Shown: positions 47,621-59,229 of the stretch, piece after piece | How the letters are laid out: every line of letters starts with the position of its first letter | How positions within the stretch are numbered: position 1 is the first letter of the stretch | Assembly: GCA_038087875.1 (NCBI GenBank) | Contig: CM075996.1 | Span: 1,242,001-1,306,000, forward strand | DNA from: Malacoraja senta | Lineage: Eukaryota | Length of the DNA: 64,000 bases | Reading direction: 5' to 3' | Notes under the pieces: generated by a model | The model's database searches: none | Seen by the model: the letters and a program-made list of their open reading frames with translations, nothing else | Told to the model about the DNA's origin: nothing | Program-made: the position numbers and the translations under genes

Positions 47621-49714
47621 CTGTATTCTTGATAAGGAGGGATGGTTGTTTACGTTAGTACGGGGAAATTTGAATGTGGAGTTGATTAGCGATGCTCTTC
47701 TGAGGGGGGGAGGGGGGGGACACCTCATAAATAGACGGCACCTCCCGCAGCAGGACTGAGATGAGGAAAAGCTTTTTCATCCAGAGTTGTGAATCTGTGG
47801 AATTCTCTGCCACAGAAGGCAGTGTATGAGGCCAATTCACTGGATGTTTTCAAGAGAGAGTTAGCTCTTGGGGCTAAATGAATCAAGGGATATGGGGAGA
47901 AAGCAGGAACGGGGTACTGATTTTAGATGATCAGCCATGATCATATTGAATGGCGGTGCCGGCTCGAAGGGCTGAATGGCCTACTCCTGCACCTATTGTC
48001 TAAGTTTCAGCACAGCCCTGGATTGTGTATCCCCCAGTGCTTTGTGGTTCCGTAGTCGGAGCTGCAGTCAGCCCCGGCAACCAAGCTCATGCCTCTGTTT
48101 ATGCCCCCACTGAACGTCAGTGGTGACACTGGACAGACAGGGTCTGAAGACGGGTTTCGACCCAAAAAGTCACCCATTCCTTCTCTTCAGAGATGTCCCG
48201 CTGAGTTACTCCAGCATTTGTGTGTCCATATTCGGTGTAAACCAGCATTGGTTGCAACCACGATGCAGGGTAACCAACCACGCTGGGTCTACATATTGCA
48301 GGCAGCTATGACCGCTGCACTATCCACACACGTGTGAAGCTGGAGGATTCCCAACGCACTCCAATATACATCGAAACCTGGAGATACAAGGAACTGCGGA
48401 CACTGGACTCCAGCGTAAAACATGACCGGTTATTTCTTTGCAAGCTGGTGGACAAGCGGAAAGAACAGCAGGTATCCGTGGCCGGCAATCGCAGTGAGGC
48501 CGCAGCTCCACCACCAAAGATCCTACAGCAATAGGATCTTTGTCCACCACTGTGCTGTACGTGTTAAACTGTGGAGATGATATCAAAGAAGGATGCCACT
48601 CAGCCCATCGACCAATGCTGGCTGTTGGAGAAATGTCATCTATCCCATTGATTTCCCTGCCATCTACTCTCTATTGCCCGGTAACGGTAACCCACCCTAT
48701 CCATTCTTGCAGCTGCATGAACGCTGGATAAGTTATAGTCATGAATTAACTCAGGAATCAGGACCTTTTGCAGATGCAGGAAGATAGTACAGTATCCGGG
48801 GTAAGCAAACAGGAGCATCCAAGTTCAAAATGGGAGCTTGAAACAGCAGGGTCAGCTCCAGCACCACTGTGCCACCCGTCCTATTCTAATAGCGAATGTA
48901 AGGCTAAACCTACCCAGTTGCTTCACATGTGACCGTTGTACCATCCCAGAAAGCAGACCACACTAAACCTTCATTTCACTCCCTGCATGGCAAGATCTTT
49001 CTTGTTCAAACAAGCAGGCTAAATCTGGACACAAAACTCCCGATGGCGTCTCACTAAGATATGTTTTGCATTAAAAGCCAACGGAATTTCTAATCCAAAT
49101 AATGATAACGAGAGCATTTTTTTGAAAATCAATGAAATCTGAAATAAAAACAGAAAACTGGAAACACTCGGAGCCAACGGTTCAGCTCAGACCTGGAAAG
49201 AGAAAAAAGGGGGGAAAGTATCGCGGCTAAACTTCTGAAATGAAAACGTTCACTATTTCTCTTGACACTGCCTGCCCTGCCGAGTGCTTACAGCATCTGT
49301 TGTTTTAATCCAGTTTTCCAACAGCAGAAGGACACAAAATGCTGGAGTAACTCAGCGGGACAGGCAGCATCTGTGGAGAGAAGTGGGTGACGTTGCGAGT
49401 CGAGACCCTTCTTCAGACACCAACACTTGCATTAGGGTTAATAAAGGTCTCGCTCGATCCGAAGCGTCGCCGATCCATATTCTCTCCAGAGATGTTGAAC
49501 TGACCCGCTGAGTTACTCCAGCATTTTGTGTCTTATCTTCGGTGTAAACCAGCACCTGCAGTTCCTTCCTACACATTTCTAACACTTGCAGTTGCTGGTG
49601 GATAGACACAAAACGCTGGAGTAACTCAGCGGGACAGGCAGAATCTGTGGAGAGAAGGAATGGGTGACGTTGCGGGTCGAGACCCTTCTTCAGACTCCAG
49701 ATGCTGTAAATGTC

Positions 49715-50000
49715 CGGCAGCAATGGCGGCGGTAGAGGCGGGTCTGAGTGACGTCACGGGAAAGGGCTCTATCTCTCGGCTCTGGCGGGTCACGTGACGT
49801 CTGCGCCGTCAAGGGGCGGGGCCACGCGAGGACGTCGCGACGCCGTGCGTGCGTGGGCCTAGTGGCGCGGGCGGCGGGAGCCTCGGGCTGTGGTAAGGAG
49901 CTGCTGCCCGCTCGGGGGGAGAGAGGCCGGGGAGGGACGGACTGACGGGCCGGCGGGGGGGAGGGGGTGGGTGATTGTGCGCTGCCCCCACCCGGGTCGA

Positions 50001-50031
<31 letters not shown>

Positions 50032-50075
50032 GCCGCCTCACGGCGCCGGGGACCCGGGTTCGATCCCCACCTCGG
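49715..50075 (+). promoter_or_regulatory. MED25: MED25 CpG-island promoter and probable non-coding first exon
   Basis: CpG-dense; YY1-like CAATGGCGGC (49721-49730), CRE TGACGTCA (49749-49756), E-box/CLEAR palindrome GTCACGTGAC (49789-49798), GC box GGGGCGGG near 49813, donor-like TG|gtaagg at 49892/3. Confidence 0.75.
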
Positions 50076-52839
50076 CCGCTCTCACACGTGACACGACCAG
50101 AGTTAGCCCATTCGGCCCATCAAGTCTACCCCGCCATTCAATCATGGCTGATCTGTCTCTCCCACCCAACCCCATTCTCCTGCCTTCTCCACAAAACCCC
50201 TGACACCCGCATTAATCAAGAATCTCTCTCTCTCTGCCTTAAATATATCCACTGACTTGGCCTCCACAGATTCACCACCCTCTGAATAAAGAAATTCCTC
50301 CTCATCTCCTTCCTAAAGGACCGTCCCTTTAATTCTCAGGCTGTGCCCTCTGGTCCTAGACTCTCCCACTAGTGGAAACATCCTCTCCACATCCACTCTG
50401 TCCAGGACTTTCACTATTCTGTACGTTTAAATGATGCCCCCCCCTCATTCTTCTAAACTCTTCTTCCCCCCCCCCCCCATGACCCGCGTGGGTTTTCTCC
50501 GGGCGCTCCGGTTTCCTCCCACATCCAAAGACGTGCGGGTTTGTAGTTTAATTGGCTGGACTCAGTGTGGAAACTCGGTGCAGACTCAGTGGGCTGAAGG
50601 CCTGTTTCCACACTGTATCTCTAAATGAAACTCAGTGAATTGCCTCTGCTATTGTGTGGGACAGCATAGAACTAGTGTGTGGGTGATCAGTCGTCGGCAT
50701 GGACTCGATGGGCTGAAGGGCCTGTTTCCATGCTGTAGCATTCAAGAAAACGGGTTGTTTTGACAGCTTGGAAGAAGCAACGATCTAACCTGTACCTTGC
50801 CTGTCTATGTAGGAAGGAACGGCAGAAGCTGGTTTAAACCGAAGATAGGCACAAAATGCTGGAGTAACTCAGCGGGTCAGGCAGCATCTCTGGAGAGAAG
50901 GAATGGGTGACGTTTTGGATCGAGACCCTTCTTCATGTCTGACCCGAAACGTCACCCATTCCTTCTCTCCAGAGATGCTGCCTGTCCCGCTGAGTTACTC
51001 CTTGCCTGACTGTGTGACCTGGTGTTCTCTCTCCCTGTTCACCAGTTAGACGGGGAAATAAACAGTCAAAAACCTCCTTTTCACTATTTTACTTTGTGTA
51101 TGAAACCACATTTTTCATCCTGTGTCTCTTGTAAAGAGATGTTCACGTCTGTTGCATCTCCCATGGCCACAGAATATTTCAATCGTTCTTCATTATCACA
51201 TGCACTGCCATACAGTTTCTCCCCGGCTGTTATCAGGCAACTGAACCATCCTACAACAACTAGAGAGCAGTCCTGAACTACTATCTACCTCACTGGTGAC
51301 CCTCGGACTATCCTCGACCAGACTTTACTGGCCTTACCTTGCACTAAACGGTATTCCCTTATCCTGTATCTGTACACTGTGAATGGCTCGATTGTAATCA
51401 TGGATTGTCTTTCCGCTGACTGGTTAGCATGCAACAAAAACTTTTCACTGTACCTCGGTAGACGTGACAATAAACTGAACTGAACAGTGAAATTCATTTT
51501 CTGCAAGTAAGTGCTTACTATAGATAAGCACAATGCCAGATTGAGTACGAAATGTGTGGATGGAAATAGCCCAAACTATTTCACCTAATGAAATGTTGCA
51601 TGGTCCCCACTGTTGTGATGTAAGCGCCATTCATGACAGCCAATTTGAGACATTAACTCCCATAGTATCAGCCTAGTAGTGATTCATGATGATGTATTTT
51701 TTGCATCTATTTGAGTTGAAAGACAGGGTTTCATCCTAAAGGCAGTCACGGTGGCGCAGCGGTAGAGTTAGTGCCTTACAGCGCTTGCAGCACCGGAGAC
51801 CCTGGTTCGATCCCGACTACGGGTGCTGTCTGTACGGAGTTTGTACGTTCTCCCCGTGACTGCGTGGGTTTTCTCAGAAATCTTCGGTTTCCTCCCACAC
51901 TACAAAAACGTACAGGTATGTAGGTTAATTGGCTTGGTGTATGTATAAATTGTCCCTAGTGTGTGTAGGGTAGTGTTAATGTGCAGGGATCGCTGGTCGG
52001 TGCGGAACTCGGTGGCAGACGCGCATTTTTGCCATTTTATTACATTGCTTTCATTGATCAATTTACCTGCATTTAATCCTTGTGTAGACTTTTGTTCACT
52101 TTAGACTTGACTTGACTTTAGACTTTAGAGATACAGCGCTGACCAGCGATCATCACGTACACTAACACTATCCTACACACACTAGGGACAATTTACTATT
52201 TTTACCGAAGCCAATTAACCTACATACCTGAGAGCACCCAGAGAAAACCCACGCGGTCACGGGGAGAAGGTACAAACTCCATGCAGACAGCACCTGAGGT
52301 CAGGATCGAACCCGGGTCTCTGGCGCTCTGTGGCTGCAACCCTACCCGCTGCGCCACCCTGTGGATCAGTGTCCCCTTTTTGCCCTTTAATTTTTCCTGC
52401 CTTTTGCTGCATTATCAATCTTTGTGTTTTCTCAAATAAAAAACATAAAATGCTGGTAACACCCTGCAAGTTGGGCAGCCTCTGTGGAAAGGAAACAGGG
52501 AAACCAAGGCCCTCCACTTTCCGCAGGTGCTGCCTGATCTGCTGAGTGTTCCCATCGTTTTGTTGTTTATGTTTCCAGCTTCTGTATTGTTTTTAATTTC
52601 CTTTTTGTTCTTCCCTCCCCTTGCCAGTTTTGAGCGATTATTCTCTCAGTTTTGCTGAAAAACGCGGAGACCCGGAATGTTCACAGTTTCCATCGTTCGT
52701 TGTTTTTATTTAACGTTGTGTCATGTTGTGTTTCAGAATGACCTGGCTGTGGATTTAGCGCTGTTTGACACGCGTACGTTTGCTTGAGCCGCCTGCCTGG
52801 GAATGGAAGGAGAGGTTTGGCAGTGACCTGCGGACCAGC

Positions 52840-52974
52840 ATGGTTGTCCCCCTGAACGACACCCCCCTCTACTTCCAGCATGGTGTCAGACGTGGTGTTT
52901 GTTATCGAGGGAACAGCAAACCTAGGGCCGTACTTTGAGTCTCTGCGGAATCATTACATTCTCCCCGCAATTGA
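52840..52974 (+). CDS. MED25: MED25 first coding exon (VWA domain start); apparent extra C at 52862-52867
   Basis: Acceptor tttcag| at 52736; [32 protein letters not shown] then GA|gtgagt. Confidence 0.92.
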
Positions 52975-53924
52975 GTGAGTATGGATTCCCCCAAAACCGT
53001 CAACCCAGGTCAATTGTGAATGAATACTTTATTGTCACAGTGAAACTCTTTGCTTGCAGTCCCAAGGTATGCGAATAGTGGCCACATAGAGGGCGCGTAC
53101 AAGGTTACAAAGTATCCCGCGCCAGGCCCCCATTGTTCTTCCCCCTCCCTCATGTCGATCCCCCCCCACGCCGGCTCCACCTTTGTACCTTCCCCCGGCA
53201 GCGGCGTCCTCACTTCCACGTGTCCGTCCTCGTCCGTCGGTCGGTCGGCGCCATCATTGACCGCCGCACCGACCTCTCCACTATCTCCGCCGGCTCCTCT
53301 CCGGACACCGACCCAGGCCCCAGCCCCGGGCTCCGTCGACCCAGGGGCCGTTAGCTGCGGGCTCCGTCCCGTGTGGCTCCGGCCGCAGCTTCTCCACGGG
53401 CTCATCGTCGGCCACCTAAACAGTTTAGTTCAGATGGAAACAGGCCCTTCGGCCCACTGAGTCCACGCTGACCATCGATCACCCGTTCACACTAGTTCTA
53501 TCCTATCCCACTTTCGCGTCCACTCCCTACACACTGGGGGCAATTTAGAGACCAAATAACCTCCAATGACTGTACTTTGTGCCTTCCACCACGGTAAAGA
53601 ATGCTGTGGTGGATGTTTGTGTTACATTTTACTGTGTATTGTGTGTTCATTTTTGATTGTACCGCTGCTGGCAAGTTCATGTCACTGCACTATATTGTGT
53701 ATGTGATCAATAAATCTGATTGATTGATTGATTGAATTCTGTGGCCTGTGCACCTGCAGAAAAGACCAGGAGCAATCCGGAGGGGTCAGCCACAAATGAC
53801 CTGTGGCAGGGCAGTGCCTCGTGGGCCCACTGTTGGCTGGCGATGGTGATCTCTAGAGGGAAACATTGTGGAGAACTGTGGGACTGGTAAAGCAACTGGG
53901 CTGGGGGAAGGGGGAGGGGAGTGT

Positions 53925-54055
53925 AAGTATTCAATGCTCATACCGCTGGGTGTAAGCTGCCCAAGCGGAATACGAGGTGCCGCTCCTCCAGTTTGCGTGT
54001 GGCCTCACTCTGGCAGTGGAGGAGGCCCAGGACAGACAGGTCAGTGTGGGAACGG
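53925..54055 (-). mobile_element. Penelope-like element ORF C-terminal fragment
   Basis: SHTDLSVLGLLHCQSEATRKLEERHLVFRLGSLHP/SGMSIEY (one frameshift). Confidence 0.75.
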
Positions 54056-54375
54056 GTTGTGAGGTAGCAGCTGAACAGGAAGTGACCTCTCATCTGCGGC
54101 TTAGTGCTTCACAGCAAAGCCCAGACAAAGGGAACCTGTTTCTTTCCCTCTGTGATCACTAATGAAAGATCACAGAGAGTGGAGTCATGCAGAATAAAAG
54201 GAGCTGCTTTATCCCTGTGGCAGCGCTGACAAAGAGCTGTTTCATAGCTCCACTCCCTCTGCCGTTCCTCTCTAGGTCTACAGTTTCCACAACCTGCCCC
54301 CAGCCCTTTCAAGATAGACTGAAGAGAATATGAATGGGAACTGCTCGATTAAACTTTCTCTTTTATCTTTTGCAG

Positions 54376-54421
54376 GTATTTTAATGACGGTCCCCCGGCA
54401 GAAACTGATTTTGGAGGCGAT
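54376..54421 (+). CDS. MED25: MED25 coding exon 2
   Basis: tttgcag|G TAT...GAT|gtatgt; 46 bp; YFNDGPPAETDFGGD. Confidence 0.94.
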
Positions 54422-54816
54422 GTATGTAATCTTACAAACTCTCTTTATGTTTGAGAATACTCTTTCTAGCTTACAGTGTGCTTTTTAAAAATTAAACCAG
54501 GTGGTCCTAATACAGGTGTGAGAGCACACAGCTACGCATAAGAACAAGCCTCTCTCACGATTATCATACATTCTGTAGCTTAACGAACGATATACAACGT
54601 GCAGGTAGAAGAGGTTAGTTTAACCTGGCATCATGTTCGGCACGGACATTGCGGGCCGAAGGGCCTGTCCCTCTGCTCTACTGTTCAAAGAACATAGAAC
54701 AGTACAGACACAAAATGCTGGAATAACTCAGCAGGTCAGGCAGCATTTCTGGATAGAAGGAACGGGTGACGTTTTGAGTTGTGACCCTTCTTCAGTCTGA
54801 AGAAGGGTCTCGACCC

Positions 54817-55137
54817 GAAATGTCACCCATTCCTTCTATCCAGAGATACTACCTGACCCGCTGAGTTACTCCAGCACTCTGTGAAACGTCACCTATCCAT
54901 GTTCTCCACAGATGCTGCCTGACCCGCTGAGTTACTCCAGCACTCTGTGAAACGTCACCTATCCATGTTCTCCACAGATGCTGCCTGACCCGCTGAGTTA
55001 CTCCAGCACTCTGTGAAACGTCACCTATCTATGTCTCCATAAATGCTGCCTGACCCGCTGAGTTACTCCAGCACTCTTTGAAACGTCACCTATCCATGTT
55101 CTCCACAGATGCTGCCTGACCCGCTGAGTTACTCCAG
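54817..55137 (+). repeat. 66-bp tandem repeat derived from the Penelope terminal repeat, about 5 copies
   Basis: GAAACGTCACCTATCCATGTTCTCCACAGATGCTGCCTGACCCGCTGAGTTACTCCAGCACTCTGT; also 3 copies at about 45720-45911 and 2 at about 21122-21250. Confidence 0.9.
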
Positions 55138-55721
55138 AGTTTTGTGTCTGTCTTTGTGACTTTTCCTTGATTGTAAATCCATGCAGGAATTCTGAAAGAA
55201 ACACAGATAATGCTAAAAGTGCTCGGCAGGTGGGAAGTGGTTCTGGTGCAGCGTCTTTGACCTGAAACGTTAACGCTTTACTCTCTGCATGTGCTGCCTG
55301 ACAATCTCTTGTCTTCAGCAGCTTTTATTGATTTAGTCCAAGTCCTGCTGTTGGAGTGACCTGACAACAAACACTTGGTGTCATCATCACTCCTTGATTA
55401 GTACGGGTGTCAGGGGAATGAGGTTTGGAGGGAGAGATAGATTAGCCATTCAGGAAGGAGATGAGGAGGAATGTCTTTAGCCCGTGGGTGGTGAATCTGC
55501 GGAATTCTTTGCCACAGAGGGCTGTGGAGGCAGAGATAGATATTCTTGATTAGTAGATGGGATCAGGGGTTATGGGGAGAAGGCAGGAGAATGGGGTTAG
55601 GAGGGAGAGATAGATCAGCCATGATTGAATGGCGGAGTAGACTTGATGGGCCGAATGGCCTAATTCTACTGCTATGACTTGTGACCTTGACTCTGTGGAT
55701 GAAGTGCGGTCTCACTACTAA

Positions 55722-55868
<147 letters not shown>

Positions 55869-57546
55869 TAAGTAATTACCAAACCTACAGAGCTGGCTGC
55901 GGGAGCTTCAGCTTCACCGTGGGTGCCGGCGGTGATCGTCCACATTGGTCGCTGGACTATGGGAATTTAGTTTAGTTTAGAGATACAGCACGGCTACATC
56001 TCGGCTCACCGAGTCCACACCGACCAGTCACCCCCGTACATTAACACAATCCTACACACACTAGGGACAATTTACAATCTACAGAGGCCAATTAACCTCC
56101 AAACCTGCACGTCTTCGGTGTGTGGGAGGAAACAGAGGGTCTCGGAGGAAACCCGCGCAGGTCACGGGGAGAATGAACAGAGAGCGCCCGCAGTCAGGAT
56201 TGAACCCGGGCCTCTGGCGCTGTAAGGCAGTAGCTCTACTGTTACACCATCGTGCCTCCCTTATTGTGTAGAAGAGCAGAGAGGGTCAAGAGGCAATTTA
56301 AAGAGTTGTTCAGAGATGTGAGGAGGTTTGATAGATCCCATGGGGGTGAAAGCGTTTCCACTGGCATTGGTAACCATTCAAGGGCAGCAGGGTTGAAGAC
56401 CAGTGTCTAAAGAAGGGGAGGCAGTACTGAAACAGTAAGGGCTACATTGCGCTGGCAGAGCTGGCAGTGAGAGCAGCTTTGCGTAACTGGAGGGAACTGG
56501 TTTTGTGCATGAATGGGAAAGGCTGGGTATTGGGGAAAGGAGGAGGAGGGGAATGCGACTAATTGTTTGCCGTTTCAAAGCAGTACGAGATTACAGATGG
56601 CTTCTATAACGCTGCGAGGCTCTTTGAGTTTTGTATCCAGTGAGTGGCGTTCAATCGCAATCCTTGTTGCTGGTGAATGCAGCAACTTTTGTGTGTACAG
56701 TCACGAGCCGGAATGAATGGATCGGCAGTTTAAGCAACTTCCTGTCCCATTGCTTGAAGAAAGACACAATGCCATGGACAAGAGAGAGTTAGATGTAGCT
56801 CTGAGGGCTAACGGAATCAAGGGATATGGGGAAAAAGCAGGGACGGGGTACTGATTTTAGATGATCAGCCATGATCACATTGAATGGCGATGCTGGCTCA
56901 AAGGGCCGAATGGCCTACACCTATTTTGTTCTATGTTTCTATAACTGCCTTTACAGCTATCTGAATGTAGGGTGAATATTTGATTACATAGGCAGTGTAG
57001 TCAGAAGATGGGTCTCGACCCAAAACATCACCCATTCCTTCTCTCCAGAGAAGCTGCCTGTCCCGCTGAGTTACTACAGCATTTTGTGTCTATCTTCGGT
57101 GTAAACCAGCATCTGCAGTTCCTTGCCAGTCAGTATCATATGTGTTTATCGTCACGTGTTTAAACCTTAGAACTCACACACTGCCCCATGTGTAGGGACG
57201 AACTGCAGATGCTGGTTTATACCGAAGATGGTGCTGGAGTAATTCATCAGGTCAGGCAGCATCTCTGGGGCAAAAGGGATGGGTGACGTTTAGGGTGGGA
57301 ACCCTTCTTCAGATTGGGTTCTGACTGAAACATCACCCATCCTTTATCTCCAGAGATGCAGCACTGCTTCTTCTCTGTTAAATCATAATTGACTGAATCA
57401 ACCTCCTCTCATAAGTTTAAAGGAGTAAAAGTGAGATGTGTCTGTAACTAGAGCCTCTCATGACCTCAGGCAATCCCAACCAAAGCGCTGTACGACCAGC
57501 AAGATGTTTTTGTTGCACAGTGCCACTGTTGTGCTGCAGAAGTGCG

Positions 57547-57692
57547 GCACCAGTTTGGGCCTTCGTGGGTTAATCTCCGACACGGTGGCCCAGCTGCACC
57601 AGTTTGGGCCTTCGTGGGTTAATCTCCGACACGGTGGCCCAGCTGCACCAGTTTTGGCCTTCGTGGCTTAATCTCTGACACGGTGGCCCAGC
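57547..57692 (+). repeat. 49-bp tandem triplication at a SINE 5' junction
   Basis: GCACCAGTTTGGGCCTTCGTGGGTTAATCTCCGACACGGTGGCCCAGCT x3; the third copy runs into the SINE body. Confidence 0.9.
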
Positions 57693-58125
57693 GGTAGAGT
57701 TGCTGCCTTACAGCGCCAGAGACCCGGGTTCCATCCTGACTACGGGCGCTCTCTGTACGGAGTTTGTACCTTCTTCCCGTGACCTCCGAGAACTTTGGTT
57801 AATTGGCTAGGTATAAAAGTAAAACTTGTGTGTAAGGTAGTGTTAATGTGCGGGGATCACTGGTCGGTACGGACTCGGTGGGCCGAAGGGCCTGTTTCCG
57901 CACAGTATCTCTGAACTAAAAAAAACCCCTATTGAATCTCTATTTGTGATGATGATTGAGGTGTGGTTTTAGACGGGTCCTGCAGCAACATCACCTCTGC
58001 TCTGCCACACAGTGGAGTGGAAGAAGGGTCTCGACCCGAAACGTCACCAATTCCTTCTCTCCATCGATGCTGCCTCACCTGCTGAGTTGTTCCAGCATTT
58101 TGTGTCTACCTGCCGCAGTGGCTAA

Positions 58126-58248
<123 letters not shown>

Positions 58249-59108
58249 TAAGAGGAATGTATTTTGTTTAGTTTCATCATTTTTGTTTGAAAGACTAAGT
58301 TGGGGAACCGCATTGAAACGTTAGTGAATAGTGAAAGGCATGGATAGAGTGGATGTGGAGAGGGTGTTTCCACTAGTGGGAGAGTCTAGGACCAGAGGGC
58401 ACAACCTCAGAATTAAAGGATGTACCTTTAGAAAGGAAAAGAGAAGGAATTTCTTTCGTCAGAGGGCGGTGAATCTGTGGAATCCATTGCCACAGAAGGC
58501 TGTGGAGGCCGTCATTGGGTATTTTTAAGACAGAGATAGATAGATTCTTGATTATTACGGGTGTCAGGGGTTATGGGGAGAAGGCAGGAGAATGGGGAAG
58601 GAGAGATAGATCAACCATGATTGAATGGTGGAGTAGACTTGATGGGCCAAATGGCCTAATTCTGGTCCTGTCACGTGTGAGACTGTACATTCAGCAGCCG
58701 AGGTCGGGATTGAACCCGGGTCTCCGGCGCCGTGAGGCAGCAGCTCAACCCGCTGCGCCACCGGGGGGGGGGGGGTCGGTGTCCCGCGACGGGGGTGTAA
58801 ACACCTGGGGGGGGGGGGGATGGGGGCAGCATGGGACCACCCCCCAGTCACTAACACTATCCTACACACTAGCGACAATTTACAGAAATCAAGTGACCTA
58901 CAACCCGGAGGAATCCCACGCAGTTCACGGGGAGAACGTACAGACTCCACACAGACAGCACCCGTAGTCAGGATGGAACCTGGGTCACTGACGCTGTGAG
59001 GCAGCAGCTCTACCCGCTGCGCCACCGTGCTGCACTTGTATTGACCACTTGACTGACTCTGCGATGATCTTAAAGGGCAGTGATTTAAAAATGTCTCTTC
59101 TGTTGCAG

Positions 59109-59229
59109 AGGACAGACTCGCAAGATCTGTGTTTTGATCTGTAACTCTCCTCCTTACCTCCTGTCGGCTGTGGAGAGCACCACCTACTCTGGCCTTACCA
59201 CCGACAGACTGGTGCAGATGATCGGGGAT
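59109..59229 (+). CDS. MED25: MED25 coding exon 5
   Basis: ttgcag|A GGA...GAT|gtgagt; [40 protein letters not shown]. Confidence 0.95.
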
